A DNA stretch of 64,000 nt from Auanema rhodensis (taxonomy: Eukaryota > Animalia > Nematoda). Positions 1 to 11,600 of the stretch are shown piece after piece. The translations under genes were made by a program, and so were the position numbers. Location: NCBI GenBank assembly GCA_964057225.1, contig OZ059897.1, positions 17,298,001 to 17,362,000 of the forward strand. The letters are read 5' to 3'. The notes under the pieces were generated by a model. The model was not told the origin of the DNA, ran no database searches, and saw nothing but the letters and a program-made list of their open reading frames with translations. Every line of letters begins with the position of its first letter. Position 1 is the first letter of the stretch.

Positions 1-176
1 TGCACATCACGTGTACATTTAATTAGCATAAATTAAAGTTCACGTAAATTTCAAAGTCATGGTTACCATGCATCAATATCAATAAAATATTGTTTTTAGA
101 CTAATATGGACTTGGGAAATCTAATTTTGAAAACCGCATCTCTTTATCTTTCACGTGAAGCGAGTTACATACCAAG
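1..176 (+). repeat. Representative 176-bp monomer
   Basis: The next TGCACA starts at 177. Hand count gives 55/176 G+C (31%) and 5 CpG. Confidence 0.98.
58..70. other. 13-bp dyad CATGGT-T-ACCATG in most monomers (example copy)
   Basis: Perfect 6-bp arms around a 1-nt spacer; contains a BstEII site (GGTNACC). Confidence 0.9.
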
Positions 177-208
177 TGCACATCACGTGTACATTTAATT
201 AGCATAAA

Positions 209-230
209 TTGAAGTTCACGTGAATTTCAA
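209..230. other. 22-bp near-perfect palindrome in one monomer subtype (example copy)
   Basis: TTGAAGTTCACGTGAATTTCAA is self-complementary except for one G-T pair. Confidence 0.9.
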
Positions 231-324
231 AGTCATGGTTACCATGCACCAATATGAATAAGAATTTGTTTTTAGACTAATGTGGACATGGGGAATCTAA
301 TTTTGAAAACCGCATCTCTTTATC

Positions 325-341
325 TTTCACGGGAAGCGAGA
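325..341 (+). other. CENP-B-box-like 17-mer, present once per monomer (example copy)
   Basis: TTTCACGGGAAGCGAGA matches YTTCGTTGGAARCGGGA at 13/17 positions (12/17 in the commoner ...GAGT form) and at 7 of the 9 core positions. Function not shown. Confidence 0.4.
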
Positions 342-2769
342 TACATACCGAGTGCACATCGCGTGTACATTTAATTAGCATAAATTAAAGTTCACGTAAA
401 TTTCAAAGTCATGGTTGCCATGCACCAATATCAATAAAAATTTGGTTTTAGACTAATATGGATATGGGGAATCTAATTCTGAAAACCGCATCTCTTTATC
501 TTTCACGGGAAGCGAGTTTCATACCAAGTGCACATCACGTGTACATTTAATTAGCATAAATTAAAGTTCACGTAAATTTCAAAGTCATGGTTACCATGCA
601 CCAATATCAATAAAAATTTGTTTTTAGACTGATATGGACTTGGGGAATCTAATTTTGAAAATCGCATCTCTTTATCTTTCACGGGAAGCGAGTTTCATAC
701 AAGTGCACATCACGTGTACATTTAATTAGCATAAATTGAAGTTCACGTGAATTTCAAAGTCATGGTTACCATGCACCAATATGAATAAGAATTTGTTTTT
801 AGACTAATATGGATATGGGGAATCTAATTTGGAAAACCGCATCTCTTCATCTTTCACGGGAAGCGAGTTACATACCAAGTACACATCACGTGTACATTTA
901 ATTAGCATAAATTAAAGTTCACGTAAATTTCAAAGTCATGGTTACCATGCATCAATATCAATAAAAATTTGTATTCAGACTAATATGGACATGGGGAATC
1001 TAATTTTATAAACCGCATCTCTTTATCTTTCACGGGAAGCGAGATACATACCGAGTGCACATCGCGTGTACATTTAATTAGCATAAATTAAAGTTCACGT
1101 AAATTTCAAAGTCATGGTTACCATGCACCAATATCAATAAAAATTTGTTTTCAGAATAATATGGACATGGGGAATCTAATTTTGAAAACCGCATCTCTTC
1201 ATCTTTCACGGGAAGCGAGTTACATACCAAGTACACATCACGTGTACATTTAATTAGCATAAATTAAAGTTCACGTAAATTTCAAAGTCATGGTTACCAT
1301 GCACCAATATCAATAAAAAATTGTTTTTAGACTAAGATGGACATGGGGAATCTAATTTTGAAAACCGCATCTCTTTATCTTTCACGGGAAGCGAGTTACA
1401 TACCAAGGGCACATCACGTGTACATTTAATTAGCATAAATTGAAGTTCACGTAAATTTCAAAGTCATGGTTACCATGCACCAATATCAATAAAAATTTGT
1501 TTTTAGACTAATATAGACATGGGGAATCTAATTTTGAAAATCGCATCTCTTTATCTTTCACGGGAAGCGAGTTTCATACAAGTGCACATCACGTGTACAT
1601 TTAATTAGCATAAATTGAAGTTCACGTGAATTTCAAAGTCATGGTTACCATGCACCAATATGAATAAGAATTTGTTTTTAGACTAATGTGGACATGGGGA
1701 ATCTAATTTTGAAAACCGCATCTCTTTATCTTTCACGGGAAGCGAGATACATACCGAGTGCACATCGCGTGTACATTTAATTAGCATAAATTAAAGTTCA
1801 CGTAAATTTCAAAGTCATGGTTGCCATGCACCAATATCAATAAAAATTTGGTTTTAGACTAATATGGATATGGGGAATCTAATTCTGAAAACCGCATCTC
1901 TTTATCTTTCACGGGAAGCGAGTTTCATACCAAGTGCACATCACGTGTACATTTAATTAGCATAAATTAAAGTTCACGTAAATTTCAAAGTCATGGTTAC
2001 CATGAACCAACATCAATAAAATATTGTTTTTAGACTAATATGGACTTGGGGAATCTAATTTTGAAAACCGCATCTCTTTATCTTTCACGGGAAGCGAGTT
2101 TCATACCAAGTGCACATCGCGTGTACATTTAATTAGCATAAATTAAAGTTCACGTAAATTTCAAAGTCATGGTTACCATGCATCAATATCAATGAAAATT
2201 TGGTTTTAAACTAATATGGATATGGGGAATCTAATTTTGAAAACCGCATCTCTTTATCTTTCACGTGAAGCGAGTTACATACCAAGTGCACATCACTTGT
2301 ACATTTAATTAGCATAAATTGAAGTTCACGTAAATTTAAAATCATGGTTACCATGCACCAATATCAATAAAAATTTGTTTTTAGACTAATATGAACATGG
2401 TGAATCTAATTTTGAAAACCGCATCTCTTTATCTTTCACGTGAAGCGAGTTTCATACCAAGTGCACATCACGTGTACTTTTAATTAGCATAAATTAAAGT
2501 TCACGTAAATTTCAAAGTCATGGTTACCATGCACCAATATCAATGAAAATTTGGTTTTAGACTAATATGGACATGGGGAATCTAGTTTTGAAAACCGCAT
2601 CTCTTTATCTTTCACGGGAAGCGAGTTTCATACCAAGTGCACATCGCGTGTACATTTAATTAGCATAAATTAAAGTTCACGTAAATTTCAAAGTCATGGT
2701 TACCATGCATCAATATCAATGAAAATTTGGTTTTAAACTAATATGGATATGGGGAATCTAATTTTGAAA

Positions 2770-5700
2770 ACCGCATCTCTTTATCTTTCACGTGAAGCGA
2801 GTTACATACCAAGTGCACATCACGTGTACATTTAATTAGCATAAATTGAAGTTCACGTGAATTTCAAAGTCATGGTTACCATGCACCAATATGAATAAGA
2901 ATTTGTTTTTAGACTAATGTGGACATGGGGAATCTAATTTTGAAAACCGCATCTCTTTATCTTTCACGGGAAGCGAGTTTCATACCAAGTGCACATCACG
3001 TGTACATTTAATTAGCATAAATTGAAGTTCACGTAAATTTAAAATCATGGTTACCATGCACCAATATCAATAAAAATTTGTTTTTCGACTAATATGGACA
3101 TGAGCAATCTAATTTTGAAAACCGCATCTCTTTATCTTTTACGTGAAGCGAGTTACATACCAAGTGCACATCACGTGTACATTTAATTAGCATAAATTGA
3201 AGTTCACGTAAATTTAAAATCATGGTTACCATGCACCAATATCAATAAAAATTTGTTTTTAGACTAATATGAACATGGTGAATCTAATTTTGAAAACCGC
3301 ATCTCTTTATCTTTCACGGGAAGCGAGTTTCATACCAAGTGCACATCACGTGTACATTTAATTAGCATAAATTAAAGTTCACGTAAATTTCAAAGTCATG
3401 GTTACCATGCACCAATATCAATGAAAATTTGTTTTTAGACTGATATGGACTTGGGGAATCTAATTTTGAAAACCGCATCTCTTTATCTTTCACGGGAAGC
3501 GAGTTTCATACCAAGTGCACATCACGTGTACATTTAATTAGCATAAATTAAAGTTCACGTAAATTTCAAAATCATGGTTGCCATGCACCAATATCAATAA
3601 AAATTTGGTTTTAGACTAATATGGACATGGGGAATCTAATTTTGAAAACCGCATCTCTTCATCTTTCACGGGAAGCGAGTTACATACCAAGTACACATCA
3701 CGTGTACATTTAATTAGCATAAATTAAAGTTCACGTAAATTTCAAAGTCATGGTTACCATACACCAATATCAATAAAAAATTGTTTTTAGACTAAGATGG
3801 ACATGGGGAATCTAATTTTGAAAACCGCATCTCTTTATCTTTCACGGGAAGCGAGTTACATACCAAGGGCACATCACGTGTACATTTAATTAGCATAAAT
3901 TGAAGTTCACGTAAATTTCAAGGTCATGGTTACCATGCACCAATATCAATAAAAATTTGTTTTTAGACTAATATAGACATGGGGAATCTAATTTTGAAAA
4001 TCGCATCTCTTTATCTTTCACGGGAAGCGAGTTTCATACAAGTGCACATCACGTGTACATTTAATTAGCATAAATTGAAGTTCACGTGAATTTCAAAGTC
4101 ATGGTTACCATTCACCAATATGAATAAGAATTTGTTTTTAGACTAATGTGGACATGGGGAATCTAATTTTGAAAACCGCATCTCTTTATCTTTCACGGGA
4201 AGCGAGTTTCATACAAGTGCACATCACGTGTACATTTAATTAGCATAAATTAAAGTTCACGTAAATTTCAAAGTCATGGTTACCATGCATCAATATCAAT
4301 AAAATATTGTTTTTAGACTAATATGGACTTGGGAAATCTAATTTTGAAAACCGCATCTCTTTATCTTCCACGGGAAGCGAGTTTCATACCAAGTGCACAT
4401 CACGTGTACATTTAATTAGCATAAATTAAAGTTCACGTAAATATCAAAATCATGGTTGCCATGCACCAATATCAATAAAAATTTGTTTTCAGACTAATAT
4501 GGACATGGGGAATCTAATTTTGCAAACCGCATCTCTTTATCTTTCACGGGAAGCGAGTTTCATACCAAGTGCACATCACGTGTACATTTAATTAGCATAA
4601 ATTAAAGTTCACGTAAATTTCAAAGTCATGGTTACCATGCATCAATATCAATAAAATATTGTTTTTAGACTAATATGGACTTGGGAAATCTAATTTTGAA
4701 AACCGCATCTCTTTATCTTTCACGTGAAGCGAGTTACATACCAAGTGCACATCACGTGTACATTTAATTAGCATAAATTGAAGTTCACGTGAATTTCAAA
4801 GTCATGGTTACCATGCACCAATATGAATAAGAATTTGTTTTTAGACTAATGTGGACATGGGGAATCTAATTTTGAAAACCGCATCTCTTTATCTTTCACG
4901 GGAAGCGAGTTTCATACCAAGTGCACATCACGTGTACATTTAATTAGCATAAATTGAAGTTCACGTAAATTTAAAATCATGGTTACCATGCACCAATATC
5001 AATAAAAATTTGTTTTTCGACTAATATGGACATGAGCAATCTAATTTTGAAAACCGCATCTCTTTATCTTTTACGTGAAGCGAGTTACATACCAAGTGCA
5101 CATCACGTGTACATTTAATTAGCATAAATTGAAGTTCACGTAAATTTAAAATCATGGTTACCATGCACCAATATCAATAAAAATTTGTTTTTAGACTAAT
5201 ATGAACATGGTGAATCTAATTTTGAAAACCGCATCTCTTTATCTTTCACGGGAAGCGAGTTTCATACCAAGTGCACATCACGTGTACATTTAATTAGCAT
5301 AAATTAAAGTTCACGTAAATTTCAAAGTCATGGTTACCATGCACCAATATCAATGAAAATTTGTTTTTAGACTGATATGGACTTGGGGAATCTAATTTTG
5401 AAAACCGCATCTCTTTATCTTTCACGGGAAGCGAGTTTCATACCAAGTGCACATCACGTGTACATTTAATTAGCATAAATTAAAGTTCACGTAAATTTCA
5501 AAATCATGGTTGCCATGCACCAATATCAATAAAAATTTGTTTTCAGACTAATATGGACATGGGGAATCTAATTTTGAAAACCGCATCTCTTCATCTTTCA
5601 CGGGAAGCGAGTTACATACCAAGTACACATCACGTGTACATTTAATTAGCATAAATTAAAGTTCACGTAAATTTCAAAGTCATGGTTACCATACACCAAT

Positions 5701-6540
5701 ATCAATAAAAAATTGTTTTTAGACTAAGATGGACATGGGGAATCTAATTTTGAAAACCGCATCTCTTTATCTTTCACGGGAAGCGAGTTACATACCAAGG
5801 GCACATCACGTGTACATTTAATTAGCATAAATTGAAGTTCACGTAAATTTCAAGGTCATGGTTACCATGCACCAATATCAATAAAAATTTGTTTTTAGAC
5901 TAATATAGACATGGGGAATCTAATTTTGAAAATCGCATCTCTTTATCTTTCACGGGAAGCGAGTTTCATACAAGTGCACATCACGTGTACATTTAATTAG
6001 CATAAATTGAAGTTCACGTGAATTTCAAAGTCATGGTTACCATTCACCAATATGAATAAGAATTTGTTTTTAGACTAATGTGGACATGGGGAATCTAATT
6101 TTGAAAACCGCATCTCTTTATCTTTCACGGGAAGCGAGTTTCATACAAGTGCACATCACGTGTACATTTAATTAGCATAAATTAAAGTTCACGTAAATTT
6201 CAAAGTCATGGTTACCATGCATCAATATCAATAAAATATTGTTTTTAGACTAATATGGACTTGGGAAATCTAATTTTGAAAACCGCATCTCTTTATCTTT
6301 CACGGGAAGCGAGTTTTATACCAAGTGCACATCACGTGTACATTTAATTAGCATAAATTAAAGTTCACGTAAATATCAAAATCATGGTTGCCATGCACCA
6401 ATATCAATAAAAATTTGTTTTCAGACTAATATGGACATGGGGAATCTAATTTTGCAAACCGCATCTCTTTATCTTTCACGGGAAGCGAGTTTCATACCAA
6501 GTGCACATCACGTGTACATTTAATTAGCATAAATTAAAGT
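2770..6540. repeat. 11-monomer (1932-bp offset) tandem duplication
   Basis: Rare markers recur at +1932: TGAGCAAT 3101/5033, ACCATACACC variant 3761/5693, CAAGGTC 3921/5853, TGCAAACC 4521/6453. Confidence 0.9.
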
Positions 6541-8619
6541 TCACGTAAATTTCAAAATCATGGTTGCCATGCACCAATATCAATAAAAATTTGTTTTCAG
6601 ACTAATATGGACATAGGGAATCTAATTTTGAAAACCGCATCTCTTCATCTTTCACGGGAAGCGAGTTACATACCAAGTACACATCACGTGTACATTTAAT
6701 TAGCATAAATTAAAGTTCACGTAAATTTCAAAGTCATGGTTACCATGCACCAATATCAATAAAAAATTGTTTTTAGACTAAGATGGACATGGGGAATCTA
6801 ATTTTGAAAACCGCATCTCTTTATCTTTCACGGGAAGCGAGTTACATACCAAGAGCACATCACGTGTACATTTAATTAGCATAAATTGAAGTTCACGTAA
6901 ATTTCAAAGTCATGGTTACCATGCACCAATATCAATAAAAATTTGTTTTTAGACTAATATAGACATGGGGAATCTAATTTTGAAAATCGCATCTCTTTAT
7001 CTTTCACGGGAAGCGAGTTTCATACAAGTGCACATCACGTGTACATTTAATTAGCATAAATTGAAGTTCACGTGAATTTCAAAGTCATGGTTACCATGCA
7101 CCAATATGAATAAGAATTTGTTTTTAGACTAATGTGGACATGGGGAATCTAATTTTGAAAACCGCATCTCTTTATCTTTCACGGGAAGCGAGTTTCATAC
7201 AAGTGCACATCACGTGTACATTTAATTAGCATAAATTGAAGTTCACGTGAATTTCAAAGTCATGGTTACCATGCACCAATATGAATAAGAATTTGTTTTT
7301 AGACTAATGTGGACATGGGGAATCTAATTTTGAAAATCGCATCTCTTTATCTTTCACGGGAAGCGAGTTTCATACAAGTGCACATCACGTGTACATTTAA
7401 TTAGCATAAATTGAAGTTCACGTGAATTTCAAAGTCATGGTTACCATGCACCAATATGAATAAGAATTTGTTTTTAGACTAATGTGGACATGGGGAATCT
7501 AATTTTGAAAACCGCATCTCTTTATCTTTCACGGGAAGCGAGTTTCATACAAGTGCACATCACGTGTACATTTAATTAGCATAAATTAAAGTTCACGTAA
7601 ATTTCAAAGTCATGGTTACCATGCATCAATATCAATAAAATATTGTTTTTAGACTAATATGGACTTGGGAAATCTAATTTTGAAAACCGCATCTCTTTAT
7701 CTTTCACGGGAAGCGAGTTTCATACCAAGTGCACATCACGTGTACATTTAATTAGCATAAATTAAAGTTCACGTAAATTTCAAAATCATGGTTGCCATGC
7801 ACCAATATCAATAAAAATTTGTTTTCAGACTAATATGGACATGGGGAATCTAATTTTGAAAACCGCATCTCTTCATCTTTCACGGGAAGCGAGTTACATA
7901 CCAAGTACACATCACGTGTACATTTAATTAGCATAAATTAAAGTTCACGTAAATTTCAAAGTCATGGTTACCATGCACCAATATCAATAAAAAATTGTTT
8001 TTAGACTAAGATGGACATGGGGAATCTAATTTTGAAAACCGCATCTCTTTATCTTTCACGGGAAGCGAGTTACATACCAAGGGCACATCACGTGTACATT
8101 TAATTAGCATAAATTGAAGTTCACGTAAATTTCAAAGTCATGGTTACCATGCACCAATATCAATAAAAATTTGTTTTTAGACTAATATAGACATGGGGAA
8201 TCTAATTTTGAAAATCGCATCTCTTTATCTTTCACGGGAAGCGAGTTTCATACAAGTGCACATCACGTGTACATTTAATTAGCATAAATTGAAGTTCACG
8301 TGAATTTCAAAGTCATGGTTACCATGCACCAATATGAATAAGAATTTGTTTTTAGACTAATGTGGACATGGGGAATCTAATTTTGAAAACCGCATCTCTT
8401 TATCTTTCACGGGAAGCGAGATACATACCGAGTGCACATCGCGTGTACATTTAATTAGCATAAATTAAAGTTCACGTAAATTTCAAAGTCATGGTTGCCA
8501 TGCACCAATATCAATAAAAATTTGGTTTTAGACTAATATGGATATGGGGAATCTAATTTTGAAAACGGCATCTCTTTATCTTTCACGGGAAGCGAGTTTC
8601 ATACCAAGTGCACATCACG

Positions 8620-11600
8620 TGTACATTTAATTAGCATAAATTAAAGTTCACGTAAATTTCAAAGTCATAGTTACCATGCACCAATATCAATAAAATATTG
8701 TTTTTAGACTAATATAGACATGGGGAATCTAATTTTGAAAATCGCATCTCTTTATCTTTCACGGGAAGCGAGTTTCATACAAGTGCACATCACGTGTACA
8801 TTTAATTAGCATAAATTGAAGTTCACGTGAATTTCAAAGTCATGGTTACCATGCACCAATATGAATAAGAATTTGTTTTTAGACTAATGTGGACATGGGG
8901 AATCTAATTTTGAAAACCGCATCTCTTTATCTTTCACGGGAAGCGAGTTTCATACAAGTGCACATCACGTGTACATTTAATTAGCATAAATTAAAGTTCA
9001 CGTAAATTTCAAAGTCATGGTTACCATGCATCAATATCAATAAAATATTGTTTTTAGACTAATATGGACTTGGGGAATCTAATTTTGAAAACCGCATCTC
9101 TTTATCTTTCACGGGAAGCGAGTTTCATACCAAGTGCACATCACGTGTACATTTAATTAGCATAAATTAAAGTTCACGTAAATTTCAAAATCATGGTTGC
9201 CATGCACCAATATCAATAAAAATTTGTTTTCAGACTAATATGGACATGGGGAATCTAATTTTGAAAACCGCATCTCTTCATCTTTCACGGGAAGCGAGTT
9301 ACATACCAAGTACACATCACGTGTACATTTAATTAGCATAAATTAAAGTTCACGTAAATTTCAAAGTCATGGTTACCATGCACCAATATCAATAAAAAAT
9401 TGTTTTTAGACTAAGATGGACATGGGGAATCTAATTTTGAAAACCGCATCTCTTTATCTTTCACGGGAAGCGAGTTACATACCAAGGGCACATCACGTGT
9501 ACATTTAATTAGCATAAATTGAAGTTCACGTAAATTTCAAAGTCATGGTTACCATGCACCAATATCAATAAAAATTTGTTTTTAGACTAATATAGACATG
9601 GGGAATCTAATTTTGAAAATCGCATCTCTTTATCTTTCACGGGAAGCGAGTTTCATACAAGTGCACATCACGTGTACATTTAATTAGCATAAATTAAAGT
9701 TCACGTAAATTTCAAAGTCATGGTTACCATGCATCAATATCAATAAAATATTGTTTTTAGACTAATATGGACTTGGGGAATCTAATTTTGAAAACCGCAT
9801 CTCTTTATCTTTCACGGGAAGCGAGTTTCATACCAAGTGCACATCACGTGTACATTTAATTAGCATAAATTAAAGTTCACGTAAATTTCAAAATCATGGT
9901 TGCCATGCACCAATATCAATAAAAATTTGTTTTCAGACTAATATGGACATGGGGAATCTAATTTTGAAAACCGCATCTCTTCATCTTTCACGGGAAGCGA
10001 GTTACATACCAAGTACACATCACGTGTACATTTAATTAGCATAAATTAAAGTTCACGTAAATTTCAAAGTCATGGTTACCATGCACCAATATCAATAAAA
10101 AATTGTTTTTAGACTAAGATGGACATGGGGAATCTAATTTTGAAAACCGCATCTCTTTATCTTTCACGGGAAGCGAGTTACATACCAAGGGCACATCACG
10201 TGTACATTTAATTAGCATAAATTGAAGTTCACGTAAATTTCAAAGTCATGGTTACCATGCACCAATATCAATAAAAATTTGTTTTTAGACTAATATAGAC
10301 ATGGGGAATCTAATTTTGAAAATCGCATCTCTTTATCTTTCACGGGAAGCGAGTTTCATACAAGTGCACATCACGTGTACATTTAATTAGCATAAATTGA
10401 AGTTCACGTGAATTTCAAAGTCATGGTTACCATGCACCAATATGAATAAGAATTTGTTTTTAGACTAATGTGGACATGGGGAATCTAATTTTGAAAACCG
10501 CATCTCTTTATCTTTCACGGGAAGCGAGATACATACCGAGTGCACATCGCGTGTACATTTAATTAGCATAAATTAAAGTTCACGTAAATTTCAAAGTCAT
10601 GGTTGCCATGCACCAATATCAATAAAAATTTGGTTTTAGACTAATATGGATATGGGGAATCTAATTTTGAAAACGGCATCTCTTTATCTTTCACGGGAAG
10701 CGAGTTTCATACCAAGTGCACATCACGTGTACATTTAATTAGCATAAATTAAAGTTCACGTAAATTTCAAAGTCATAGTTACCATGCACCAATATCAATA
10801 AAATATTGTTTTTAGACTAATATGGACTTGGGGAATCTAATTTTGAAAACCGCATCTCTTTATCTTTCACGGGAAGCGAGTTTCATACCAAGTGCACATC
10901 ACGTGTACATTTAATTAGCATAAATTGAAGTTCACGTGAATTTCAAAGTCATGGTTACCATGCACTAATATCAATGAAAATTTGGTTTTAAACTAATATG
11001 GATATGGGGAATCTAATTTTGAAAACCGCATCTCTTTATCTTTCACGTGAAGCGAGTTACATACCAAGTGCACATCACGTGTACATTTAATTAGCATAAA
11101 TTGAAGTTCACGTGAATTTCAAAGTCATGGTTACCATGCATCAATATCAATAAAAATTTGTATTCAGACTAATATGGACATGGGGAATCTAATTTTATAA
11201 ACCGCATCTCTTTATCTTTCACGGGAAGCGAGATACATACCGAGTGCACATCGCGTGTACATTTAATTAGCATAAATTAAAGTTCACGTAAATTTCAAAG
11301 TCATGGTTACCATGCACCAATATCAATAAAAAATTGTTTTTAGACTAAGATGGACATGGGGAATCTAATTTTGAAAACCGCATCTCTTTATCTTTCACGG
11401 GAAGCGAGTTACATACCAAGGGCACATCACGTGTACATTTAATTAGCATAAATTGAAGTTCACGTAAATTTCAAAGTCATGGTTACCATGCACCAATATC
11501 AATAAAAATTTGTTTTTAGACTAATATAGACATGGGGAATCTAATTTTGAAAATCGCATCTCTTTATCTTTCACGGGAAGCGAGTTTCATACAAGTGCAC

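Noticed and set aside
80-150. Phased A-tracts implying intrinsic curvature
   Set aside because: A/T tracts are present, but their spacing is not convincingly ~10.5 bp by eye. A curvature calculation would be needed.
1-176. Assignment to known similar-sized satellites (Brassica CentBr 176 bp, honeybee AluI 176 bp, Arabidopsis CEN178, primate alpha 171 bp)
   Set aside because: Only the length is similar. The monomer has no AAGCTT or AGCT site and does not resemble the plant or primate consensus sequences as I recall them. A database search is needed.
1-176. Tandem 5S rRNA, tRNA, snRNA or spliced-leader gene array
   Set aside because: No recognisable 5S, tRNA or snRNA sequence, no clear Pol III A/B/C boxes, and no cloverleaf in the monomer.
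1078-1260. 60-aa minus-strand ORF from the ORF track
   Set aside because: It is about one satellite monomer read backwards. It is open only because a private C>A at 1156 (GACTAAT>GAATAAT) removes the usual TAG stop. 176 is not a multiple of 3, so no repeat protein is possible, and I recognise no domain.
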